This document shows, piece by piece, positions 10,950 to 19,852 of a DNA stretch of 64,000 nucleotides (positions are counted from its first letter, which is position 1; every line of letters begins with the position of its first letter). Made by a program: the position numbers and the translations under genes. The stretch comes from Candidatus Heimdallarchaeum aukensis (GTDB lineage: Archaea > Asgardarchaeota > Heimdallarchaeia > Heimdallarchaeales > Heimdallarchaeaceae). Location: positions 672,001 through 736,000 of the forward strand of contig CP084166.1 of assembly GCA_021513695.1 (NCBI GenBank), read 5' to 3'. Below the pieces are notes generated by a model. That model did not search any database. It had not been told where the DNA came from and saw only the letters and a program-made list of their open reading frames with translations.

Positions 10950-12332
10950 GTGAAAAAAATGAGTCTAGAAGAACAAAAAAATCAAGTTTTGGAACTCACA
11001 GATTTAGCTCTTGAAAAAGCAAGAGCACTGAATTGTGATGCTTCTATAAATGTAAGTGTAGGAAAAGAGTATGCTACTCGTTTCTCTAACAGCGAGATAT
11101 TACAGAATTATGTAGATTTAAGAAGATTAATTGAGATAACAGTAGTTTATAAAGATAAACAACGTGCTTCTTCCACTACAAATACTTTTACTAAAGAAAA
11201 TATAATTAATCTGGTAGAATTTTTAGCTAAAGTTGCTAAAACTGTTTCTCCTGACCCTTCTTATCCTGGAATTGTAAAAGAAAAACACAGCTATCCTAGC
11301 TTAAAGTTAAACGATACTAAAGCTTCTCGAGTTAACCCTGATTATATTGCGGATAGAATTGCTGCAACTATTGACGCTGGTGAATCAATTGATAAGAGGA
11401 TAGGAGGAGTATCTGGAAACTTACTTTTCTCTAATGGTTTTGAATATCACAAATCTACTACAGGAAACGAGCTTTTCTATCCTTCTACGGTAATTGAATC
11501 AACCATCAATATCAACGCTCTCAGTGGTGGAGAAGAAAGTAGATCAAACAGTATTTTTGGAAGCAGGTTCTTTGATAAATTGCCACTAGAAAAAGAAGCA
11601 GAAGAAGTTGCAGAAAGAGCTTTAAGAGGATTAAATGCCAAATCTATTGAACCAGGTAATTATGAAGTAATACTTGACCACCAAGCAGTGAGTACAATAC
11701 TATTTTTTGTAGGGTATGCAACTTCTTCAAGATTGATAATTAACAGAGCAAGTTTCCTTAATGATAGAATTGGACAACAAGTTTTCGATGATGATCTATC
11801 TCTCATTAATGACCCACATAACCCTGAACATCTATCAGCTAGACCAATCGACGACGAGGGATTACCTACAACTAGGTTTCCAGTGATAGAAGAAGGAATT
11901 CTTAAGAATTACTCATATTCGAGACTAGACGCTGCAAGATTAGGAGCAAAAGCACAAGGAACTGGTTTTTCATTTATGGGTAATGCAATAGGATTTCCAT
12001 TTGCTGAAACAATCCAACCTGGAGACATGAAGGTAGAAGAGATGGTCGCTGATATAAAAGACGGATTACTAATAACAAACCTACATTATACTAACTTTGT
12101 AAATCCTCCTGTTGGAAGTATAACTGGAATGAGTAAAGATGGTTTATTTATAATTAAAAATGGAGAAATAGTTGGTTCTGCAAAGAACATGCGTTTCACA
12201 GATACAATTCCAAACATACTCAAAGATATTGATGTAGGAAAAGAACTTAAACAACCTGGAGGAAGGTTTGCAAATATAGTTGCTCCTATCAGAACAAAGA
12301 ACTTCAGATTTACAAGTAAAACAACTCACTAA
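10950..12332 (+). CDS. pmbA: PmbA/TldE family protein (TldD partner)
   Basis: 460 aa TldD/PmbA-family paralogue lacking HExxxH. Begins 2 nt after the tldD stop. Confidence 0.8.
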   Translation: MKKMSLEEQKNQVLELTDLALEKARALNCDASINVSVGKEYATRFSNSEILQNYVDLRRLIEITVVYKDKQRASSTTNTFTKENIINLVEFLAKVAKTVSPDPSYPGIVKEKHSYPSLKLNDTKASRVNPDYIADRIAATIDAGESIDKRIGGVSGNLLFSNGFEYHKSTTGNELFYPSTVIESTININALSGGEESRSNSIFGSRFFDKLPLEKEAEEVAERALRGLNAKSIEPGNYEVILDHQAVSTILFFVGYATSSRLIINRASFLNDRIGQQVFDDDLSLINDPHNPEHLSARPIDDEGLPTTRFPVIEEGILKNYSYSRLDAARLGAKAQGTGFSFMGNAIGFPFAETIQPGDMKVEEMVADIKDGLLITNLHYTNFVNPPVGSITGMSKDGLFIIKNGEIVGSAKNMRFTDTIPNILKDIDVGKELKQPGGRFANIVAPIRTKNFRFTSKTTH

Positions 12333-12448
12333 CTTCTACTTTTTTTCAATTTTTAACAGTAAAAATGCTGTGCGTATCATTTCTTTCTTTGAAAAACTTT
12401 TGAATTCAAGAACAACTAAGAAAAATCAGTCCAAAATAATCAACATTG

Positions 12449-12456
12449 TTTTATAT
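12449..12456 (+). promoter_or_regulatory. TATA-box-like element (TTTTATAT) about 26 nt upstream of the methyltransferase ATG
   Basis: Matches the archaeal TATA consensus at the spacing expected for a leaderless mRNA. Confidence 0.3.
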
Positions 12457-12477
12457 TGAAATAATTTTTTTGTTTTA

Positions 12478-13563
12478 ATGAAAATTAATCGTATTTACAA
12501 GAGAGATTGTATTGAAGGATTAAAGCAACTTCAAGAAAATTCAGTGGATTTAATATTTGCAGATCCACCTTATAATCTACAATTGCGTAACGAACTTTAT
12601 CGCCCTGATCAATCCAAAGTAGATGCGGTTAATGACAAATGGGATAGATTCTATTCTTTTGAAGAATATGACAATTTCTCTTTAAAATGGCTGAAAGAAT
12701 GCAGACGTGTATTGAAACCCACAGGCTCTATATGGGTAATAGGGACTTATCATAATATTTTCAGGATAGGTAAAATTATGCAAGATTTAGGTTTTTGGAT
12801 ACTAAACGACATAATTTGGGTAAAAACAAATCCTATGCCCAATTTTAAAGGAACAAGGTTCAATAACGCACATGAGACACTTATTTGGGCTGCTAAAGAA
12901 AAAAATGCAAAACAAACTTTTCATTACAAATCAATGAAGATTATGAATGATAATAAACAAATGCGAAGCGATTGGTATTTACCTATTTGTATTGGTAATG
13001 AAAGGTTAAAAAATAATGGAAAGAAGGTTCATTCTACTCAGAAACCTGAATCTCTCCTCTACCGTATAATTTTATCTTCTTCCAATGTTGGAGATCTAGT
13101 TTTAGACCCTTTTATGGGTACAGGAACAACTGCTGCTGTTGCTAAAAAACTGCGAAGGAATTACATCGGATTTGAGATTGATGATTATTACATTAGTGAA
13201 GCAGAAAAAAGAATTGCTAAAGTTTTACCTTTATCCGAAGATCTTTTAGATTACAAAATTGAAAAAAAACCTCCTAAAGTATCCTTTGGTATGCTAATTG
13301 AGAACAAATACATCAATCCGGGGGATTTTCTTTATTCCAGAGATTTAAAACACAAAGCAATTATTAAGGCTAATGCTTCAATTGAATATGAAGGGAAAGT
13401 GGGTTCTATTCATTCTATTAGTGCTTTTATTTTAGGAAAAAAAGCAAATAACGGTTGGGAATTCTGGTACTTAAAGAATAGCTCTGGTGAATTGGTATCT
13501 ATTGATTCACTAAGAAAAAAATTCGCAGTGAATGAATGGGGTGAAGAATGGAATGTCATCTAA
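12478..13563 (+). CDS. DNA methyltransferase, beta-class N6-adenine/N4-cytosine (DPPY before FxGxG), with approx 110-aa C-terminal extension
   Basis: Motif IV FADPPYNL near the N-terminus and motif I FMGTGTT downstream (beta permutation), as in the CcrM/M.RsrI group. C-terminal extra domain with GWEFWY. Confidence 0.85.
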   Translation: MKINRIYKRDCIEGLKQLQENSVDLIFADPPYNLQLRNELYRPDQSKVDAVNDKWDRFYSFEEYDNFSLKWLKECRRVLKPTGSIWVIGTYHNIFRIGKIMQDLGFWILNDIIWVKTNPMPNFKGTRFNNAHETLIWAAKEKNAKQTFHYKSMKIMNDNKQMRSDWYLPICIGNERLKNNGKKVHSTQKPESLLYRIILSSSNVGDLVLDPFMGTGTTAAVAKKLRRNYIGFEIDDYYISEAEKRIAKVLPLSEDLLDYKIEKKPPKVSFGMLIENKYINPGDFLYSRDLKHKAIIKANASIEYEGKVGSIHSISAFILGKKANNGWEFWYLKNSSGELVSIDSLRKKFAVNEWGEEWNVI

Positions 13564-13627
13564 AAAGAATAACCTTCAACTCACATTAAATGGAAAAGGT
13601 TATCATAGATAAGATCCATTTAGCTTT

Positions 13628-14938
13628 ATGAAGTTATCCAAGGACAAAGTCAACTATCTTATTTTTGAAGGTGGTGGAGGAAAAGGAGTTACTTATATTG
13701 GGGCTTTAGAAGCTCTTGAAGAATTAGGTATTCTCAGATTTACTGAAAAAAATATAGGAGAAAAGGTTGTTACTCATCTTGCTCCAAATTGCTTGAAAGG
13801 AGTAGCTGGAACTTCAGTTGGTTCACTTTTTGCTTTACTTGTATCTTTGGGCTACAACTCACAAGAAATAAGAGAATTATTAAAAAGCAACTTAACTGAC
13901 GAGTTTCTAGATACTATCGAATTTGGTTTGATTCAATCAATTTATAGCCAGCTTACTGAACAATCTTTTGTTAAAGACCCTCAACTAGAAATATCTACAA
14001 ATTTCGTTGAGAATAAATGGTCTTCTTTTCTTCAAAAACAAGAGAAATCTTTCAAAGATTTGTTTGCTTACCCTCTTAAAATGATCAAGCAAGCAAATTA
14101 TTATATCCTCTCAATGTTCATCAAATTTCTTCTTTATTATGAATCAAGAAAAATAAAGAATGAAAAACCATCTAACGAAACAGAAACTACATTTATCCCT
14201 ACATTACGAGACTTTGCGCAGTCAAAAACTCTAAAAAATGCTGTAGATAAAATTTTGGATAAACCAGCCGATGCTCTTAATAGTCTTAAATATGAATTTG
14301 GTTTTTTCCTTGGCAATGGGGCAAGAGAAGTTATAGATAGGTTAATTGAAGAAAGAACAGGAGTGAAAAACTGTACTTTCAATCAATTTTATGAAATTTT
14401 AGGAATTGATCTTGTTATTACTTCTTTTGATTTACAGACAAAACAAGTTGAATACTTAAGAAAAGATTCTAAATGGAAAAACCTTTGTGTGGCAGATGCA
14501 GTAAGAATGTCAATTTCTATTCCATTAGTCTTCAAACCTGTTGTTATTAACATGAAAGACGAGTTCATTCTTCCAATTACAGATGATGTTTCTTATGCTC
14601 ATTATTTCATTGATGGTGGAGCAGCAAACAATTTTCCCCTTCATGTTTTTGATGATAGAGAAGACAAACTAAATCCCTACGTTCTAGGATTTACTCTATC
14701 GTATAAAAGACAATATAATCCTTTTATTGAAGAAATTACTTTCTTTGAATATTTAGAAGATGTCTTCCTTTCAGTTCTTAAACAGACAACAAATTTACAA
14801 TTCAAAAAGAAAGAAGAACAAGAACAAGTGATAGAACTTGACCCAGAGTACATAAAAGTACTTGACTTTTCTTTTGATGAGATACCAGAAAAAACAATAC
14901 AAAAAGCAAAGAAGAAAACACTAGAATATTTCAAATGA
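13628..14938 (+). CDS. patatin-like phospholipase
   Basis: Oxyanion hole FEGGGGKGVTYIGAL, nucleophile elbow GTSVGS (GxSxG), and catalytic Asp in IDGGAANNFPL (DGG). There is a long insertion between GxSxG and DGG. Confidence 0.75.
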   Translation: MKLSKDKVNYLIFEGGGGKGVTYIGALEALEELGILRFTEKNIGEKVVTHLAPNCLKGVAGTSVGSLFALLVSLGYNSQEIRELLKSNLTDEFLDTIEFGLIQSIYSQLTEQSFVKDPQLEISTNFVENKWSSFLQKQEKSFKDLFAYPLKMIKQANYYILSMFIKFLLYYESRKIKNEKPSNETETTFIPTLRDFAQSKTLKNAVDKILDKPADALNSLKYEFGFFLGNGAREVIDRLIEERTGVKNCTFNQFYEILGIDLVITSFDLQTKQVEYLRKDSKWKNLCVADAVRMSISIPLVFKPVVINMKDEFILPITDDVSYAHYFIDGGAANNFPLHVFDDREDKLNPYVLGFTLSYKRQYNPFIEEITFFEYLEDVFLSVLKQTTNLQFKKKEEQEQVIELDPEYIKVLDFSFDEIPEKTIQKAKKKTLEYFK

Positions 14939-15032
14939 TAATAATTTATTTGTTTCATCCAATGCAAAAATTTAGTAATCATTAAGAAAACTAACAGAAA
15001 TGTTTTTTTATCTTAAATAGATTTTTTTTTGA

Positions 15033-16100
15033 ATGATTAGAGAATTAAACGTTGAGAACTTCAAATCAATAGAAAATCTTTATCTTAAATGCTCAAAAAT
15101 TAACATCTTTATTGGAGAACCAAACGTAGGAAAATCAAATATTATTGAGTCTTTAGGATTGTTTTCATCTATTTTATTTCATGAAAATTCTTCAAATAGA
15201 AATGAAGCTATTAACAAAGAGTTTATACGTTATAACAATTTTATTGACCTATTTCATAACAGTAATCTAAGAAAAAAAATCAAAGTATCTACAGATAAAT
15301 ACCAAATTGAAATTAGAGCGGAAGAAAATAATTTCTATATTTCTGTTTATCGAATTCAACTAAGTTCAGAAGAAAAAGATAAAAACTTTAGTAAAAGAAT
15401 CATTAGATCAGAAAATATCTTACAAGTAGAAGCAATAGCAAATTCACCTGGAATATATTCTTGGAACTTTAAGACTAATTTTAACGATTTTAAGAAAGAA
15501 AAGAATTTCCCAAAGATAATGTATTATAAAAATATGGAAACAGAAAAATTCGTTTCTCTAAACTTTGATTTTTTGAATCCTCCATCAGGAAATAACCTTC
15601 TAACTATATTGCAAACAAATACAGATCTTTACAAAAAAATCAATGAGATACTTTTTTCTTTCAATCTCAAATTAATGCTGAGAGAAGTAGAAAAGACTAT
15701 CGAACTTGTAAGAGATATAGAAGGAAAATTAATTGCTATTCCCTTTAAGCTAGTTGCTGAATCTTTCCATCAACTTTTCCTTTTACTAAGTGCGATGAAT
15801 ACATGTAAAGATTCTATTATCTGTTTGGAAGAACCAGAGACACATCTATTCCCAAAATATACAAAGTTAATAGCTGAACTCATAGCTAAAAATAAAAACA
15901 ATAATCAGTATTTTATTTCAACACACAACCCCTATTTTTTGATTTCATTAATAGAAAAAGCAAAAAAAGAAGATTTAAGTATTTTTGCAGTAAGTTTTCA
16001 GAATAATCATACAAAAGTTTCAAAAATACAAGAAAATGAGATAAGAGAACTCTTAGAAGGAGAAGATCCATTTTTTAACATCAATAAGTACTTCGAGTAG
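15033..16100 (+). CDS. AAA_21/ABC-type ATPase of the OLD/AbiL/PARIS-AriA kind
   Basis: Walker A GEPNVGKSN, Walker B ICLEEPETHLFP (the EEPE..LHP-type motif typical of AAA_21), H-loop ISTHNPYF. The stop TAG abuts the ATG of the next gene. Confidence 0.7.
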   Translation: MIRELNVENFKSIENLYLKCSKINIFIGEPNVGKSNIIESLGLFSSILFHENSSNRNEAINKEFIRYNNFIDLFHNSNLRKKIKVSTDKYQIEIRAEENNFYISVYRIQLSSEEKDKNFSKRIIRSENILQVEAIANSPGIYSWNFKTNFNDFKKEKNFPKIMYYKNMETEKFVSLNFDFLNPPSGNNLLTILQTNTDLYKKINEILFSFNLKLMLREVEKTIELVRDIEGKLIAIPFKLVAESFHQLFLLLSAMNTCKDSIICLEEPETHLFPKYTKLIAELIAKNKNNNQYFISTHNPYFLISLIEKAKKEDLSIFAVSFQNNHTKVSKIQENEIRELLEGEDPFFNINKYFE

Positions 16101-16597
16101 ATGTCAATGATACTAGTTGAATGTTATGCTGATGAAAGATTAGTGAGAACACTTCTACCAGAATTATCTAAAAAAGAATATTCTCATGCAGGTAACAAAA
16201 CAGGGGTAATCAAAAGGTTAATTAAAATAAAAAATGGAAAAAAATACATTGGATTAGTTGATAGAGATCCCCACTCTAATCCTCCTGGTTTTTTCCACAA
16301 CTTTACTCTTCTGGAAAATCATGAAGAATCAAAAATATCTATTTACTTTTTCAAAAAAAAAACAATGCTAAACTTGTCGTTATTGAACCTGAACTTGAAG
16401 GATGGATTGTAAACATCGCTCATTCGATTCACTTTAAACTCAGAGATTATGGTTTACCTGAAGATCCAGATAAATTGCATGAGGTTATCAACGAAAAAAG
16501 AAACCTAGATAATTTCTCAAAGCTTGTTTCAGACTTACTACAAAAAAGTGTTCACCTTTCTAAATTAAAAAAAATTTTATCAAAAAGTATAGATTAA
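16101..16597 (+). CDS. Toprim-like small protein (DUF4276/OLD-family Toprim-like), interrupted by a -1 frameshift in an A10 tract
   Basis: The N-terminal ORF (16101-16412) has ILVECYADE (Toprim Glu) and GLVDRDPHS (DxD). After the A10 run at 16353-16362 the frame continues as NNAKLVVIEPELEGWIVNIAHSIHFKLRDYGLPEDPDKLHEVINEKRNLDNFSKLVSDLLQKSVHLSKLKKILSKSID, ending at 16597. One additional A would give a single approx 165-aa protein. Confidence 0.55.
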
Positions 16598-16613
16598 AAA
16601 AGAAAAAATTCAT

Positions 16614-17099
16614 TTAATCTATAACAGCTTTCTTGTTTTTCTTACCACTCATATATGAAATATTGATCTTTCCTATTTTTACATTTATTATTGATTTTTC
16701 AGTGAGATACTCCTTGTTCTTTTTTTCTGGTTCTTTTTCAAACTTCTCAATTAAAAGCTCTAAAGCTTTCTTTTTTTCTTCAAATTCCTCAATAAAGGTT
16801 ACGTTACTTTGGAAATGTACTGAAGCGTAATTATGGTCACATTCTCCTTCTAGGTAGCCAAAGTCAAGCATTGCTTCTCCCCAGATTAAATTGTTTTTTT
16901 CTAAAATTTCTATCTTTTTTCCTTTTTTAGCACAATGGAAGTAAATACACTTTTGATCATTATCAAGAACAAAGTTTAGGGTTACTAAATAGGGAATATT
17001 ATTGTTACACATCGCAATTGTAACATAGAGAGCTCTGTTTAAAATTCTCAATTGTTCTTCTTCATCTATAGCTTTTTCCTTTCTTCTTATTTCTCTCAA
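16614..17099 (-). CDS. pyridoxamine 5'-phosphate oxidase-like FMN-binding split-barrel protein
   Basis: Start MREIRRKEKAIDEEEQLRILNRALYVTIAM...YLVTLNFV...IYFHCAKKGKK matches the PNPOx-like/NimA pattern. Confidence 0.5.
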   Translation of the reverse strand: MREIRRKEKAIDEEEQLRILNRALYVTIAMCNNNIPYLVTLNFVLDNDQKCIYFHCAKKGKKIEILEKNNLIWGEAMLDFGYLEGECDHNYASVHFQSNVTFIEEFEEKKKALELLIEKFEKEPEKKNKEYLTEKSIINVKIGKINISYMSGKKNKKAVID

Positions 17100-17170
17100 A
17101 ATATTCAGCTCCTACAATAGAAATAGACTAAATACCCTTAAAAGTATTTATTAGGTGAAAAAAGGAAAAA

Positions 17171-18133
17171 TTAGAAGATTATACCTAGCAACCAGAGTAA
17201 AAAGGCCATTACCATAAACATAGATGCAAGTTTAAAAATCAGCCATGTGGTTTTTTCACTGGGCCTAATAAGATTCTTTATGGATAGAAAAATAAAAAAT
17301 AAAGCTGTTAAACAAGCGAGGATATGGATTACAATATTTACTTTTAGTGAAAGGCTGATTAAAATTGTAATGATTGCACTAATTATTGATGAAAGAGTTA
17401 TAACTATTATAGTTCTATCTTTTCCTTTCACTACAGGCCACATAGGAACACCAGCGAGTTGATATCCTTCTAGGTTTTTGGGTATCAAAGCTAATGTTAG
17501 AATGTGCATTGGTATCCAGGCTAGTATAAACACTCCAAACATTATTGCCAAAGAATCAATTTTGTTTATTGCTGCTGTTCTACCAGCAATAGCCGGTAAA
17601 GCTCCTGCTATTCCTCCAAAAAGAATTGAAAATCTTGTTCTTCTTTTTAACCAGTAAGAGTAGATAATCACATCAAAAAAAGCCCCCAATAAGATTACAA
17701 GTCCTGTAAGGGCATTTAGGAACACTACTGCACTCATAATTCCGCTAATTGTGAATACTATCCCATGTCCAACTACTGTTTCTTCTGCTATTTTTCCAGA
17801 TGCTAGAGCTCGATTTTTTGTTCTTTCCATTATCTTGTCGATATCTTGGTCAATGTACATATTTAGTAACGTTGATCCAGAGATAGAAAAAAAGAGGGCG
17901 ATTATTAACCAACTTAGGGTGAATAAACTAAAATCTTTCCACGAGCTTATTAAATAGGTGAGCACTCCAGTATATACAAGTAAAAAAGTCTGCTTTGTTT
18001 TGATTAGTTCAAAATAAACCTTAATAGGAAGAAAAAAAGGAATGATGTTCTCATTTTTACTTGTTCCAATGTTCACGTAGGCTTCTACATTTGAATTGTT
18101 AGTGTTGTATATATTTGGAGTTTCTTCAGTCAA
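17171..18133 (-). CDS. UbiA-family prenyltransferase, heme O synthase (CtaB/CyoE)-like
   Basis: Asp-rich motif NMYIDQDIDKIMERTKNRAL matches the N..DxDID..M.RT..RP signature of protoheme IX farnesyltransferases. Has 8-9 TM helices. Confidence 0.55.
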   Translation of the reverse strand: MTEETPNIYNTNNSNVEAYVNIGTSKNENIIPFFLPIKVYFELIKTKQTFLLVYTGVLTYLISSWKDFSLFTLSWLIIALFFSISGSTLLNMYIDQDIDKIMERTKNRALASGKIAEETVVGHGIVFTISGIMSAVVFLNALTGLVILLGAFFDVIIYSYWLKRRTRFSILFGGIAGALPAIAGRTAAINKIDSLAIMFGVFILAWIPMHILTLALIPKNLEGYQLAGVPMWPVVKGKDRTIIVITLSSIISAIITILISLSLKVNIVIHILACLTALFFIFLSIKNLIRPSEKTTWLIFKLASMFMVMAFLLWLLGIIF

Positions 18134-18150
18134 TTAATTCACCAATTAAA

Positions 18151-19623
18151 TTATTCTTCTAGATCTATGGATATCTTTTCTTTGTAAACCTTGCTTTGGA
18201 TTATTTTAACTAATTGATATACACAGAATATACCGATTGCAGTTAAAATTAGAACGATTCCAACATCTGTAAGATACATATACCATGCTGACATATCTGG
18301 CCATTTAAGCATATAGAACATAACAAATCCGAAAGCAAAGGTGCTTCCAATAGTTATTCCCCAACCTAATATTTCTCTTATCCACTTCTTTTTTATCCTA
18401 ATTGAATCAATGTACATCAATAAAATCATCATTGCAGATAAAGTTGCTAAAACGTGCCAATGACCAACATTATAAGCATATTCTAGTTCAAAAGGTCCAG
18501 CTCTCACTTCATCAAGATTCAAGGCAATGTATATTCCAGGAACAGTAACAACTAGATTAACCCATATGAATAAGAAATACAATCCTGAAAGCACAGAATC
18601 TTTGAAGATTGCGAGAAATTTCTTGTAAAAGGGAGCTTCATCATACTTTTCTCCTAGAACTTTTTTAGACACTTTTCTAAAACCATCAACAATCAACACA
18701 ATAGAAGCTAAAATTAAAATCGATACTCCAACATTTATTATCATGTGTGCAGATTCAACATCAGCTGGAACTAACCACCCACCAGCATCAGTAATAAGTA
18801 TACCTGGTATTATAGCTATTTGAGCAACAAGATACCATTTTCCTTTTGTTTTTGTAAATTTAAAGGCTATAAGTAAAATAGCAGCATCAATTAAAGCCAA
18901 CATAATATGCAAGTGTGCAACTATCATTCTAACATACACTGCTTCAGGAGTAAAACCACTATGATCGATTCTCACTCTTGCTTCAGCTATAAATGCTTCA
19001 AAATTGAGTGCTGAATCTGGATTTCCAAAATTAGCACCCACAATAGCACCAAGTGTAGCTGTAACTATTAAAGATAAACCTACAAGAACTAAATTCAAAT
19101 TTTCTAGATTAATCTTTCCAATTATTGGCCCTTCTTTACTCTCAGGAAAACTCTTTGTAGGCCATACTCCAACAACAAAAGCCATTCCTGAGTACCACAC
19201 TAAGCTTAATCCTACCACAAAAAGACCATGTAAAATCATATTTTCTTGGAAAATATATGCATAAGTTAATCCGCTAACACTTGTAAGCATCGAACCGTAA
19301 AAAAGAGGCCATTTTACATGTGATTCAGCTCTTTTTCTTATTGGAAACAAGTCTAGAATAAAGAATACAACAGCTGCAAGGAAAGGCATAGCTATAGAAT
19401 GGTAAAGCATAATTATTCTTCCTACTCTTGTTTCTTCAGATAGATCAATATTAATTAAGGAAAAACCTAATATTTTCTCAACAGGTTCAGAAAAGGAACC
19501 CAAGAAAAGTATTACTAAAATCAGGTAAGCAATTATAAACGTTATAAGACCAGTATATGTTCCAAACCCATAATTGAAAATATTTTTTATTCTTAATGAC
19601 AGATTTTCTTTTGTCTCTGACAT
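18151..19623 (-). CDS. polytopic membrane protein with conserved intramembrane histidines (function unknown)
   Basis: 490 aa, more than 12 predicted TM helices. His residues lie within helices (HSIAMPF, VAHLHIML, GHWHVLATL). 17 nt upstream of the UbiA gene on the same strand. Confidence 0.4.
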   Translation of the reverse strand: MSETKENLSLRIKNIFNYGFGTYTGLITFIIAYLILVILFLGSFSEPVEKILGFSLINIDLSEETRVGRIIMLYHSIAMPFLAAVVFFILDLFPIRKRAESHVKWPLFYGSMLTSVSGLTYAYIFQENMILHGLFVVGLSLVWYSGMAFVVGVWPTKSFPESKEGPIIGKINLENLNLVLVGLSLIVTATLGAIVGANFGNPDSALNFEAFIAEARVRIDHSGFTPEAVYVRMIVAHLHIMLALIDAAILLIAFKFTKTKGKWYLVAQIAIIPGILITDAGGWLVPADVESAHMIINVGVSILILASIVLIVDGFRKVSKKVLGEKYDEAPFYKKFLAIFKDSVLSGLYFLFIWVNLVVTVPGIYIALNLDEVRAGPFELEYAYNVGHWHVLATLSAMMILLMYIDSIRIKKKWIREILGWGITIGSTFAFGFVMFYMLKWPDMSAWYMYLTDVGIVLILTAIGIFCVYQLVKIIQSKVYKEKISIDLEE

Positions 19624-19852
19624 ACATTTTTTTCAATTCAACAGTTTTAAAATATTTTGCATAAAAGAAGACAAAAAATATAGTTTAGAAATTAAAAATT
19701 AGGAATCAAATATTGTTATTTTTTATTCTAAGAGTTAATTTAAGAATAAAACCTTATCAATAAATCGCCAATCAAATTCAAAATAATACGCCTAGTTCTT
19801 ACTATGAAAAAATTTATTTTTGATAATATGATTCTTTAGAAGTGATTATTTA

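Noticed and set aside
14137-14982. Reverse-strand ORFs inside the patatin gene
   Set aside because: Antisense shadows. No motifs.
16633-16830. 65-aa forward ORF opposite the PNPOx-like gene
   Set aside because: Overlaps a better-supported reverse-strand CDS. Phe-rich low complexity.
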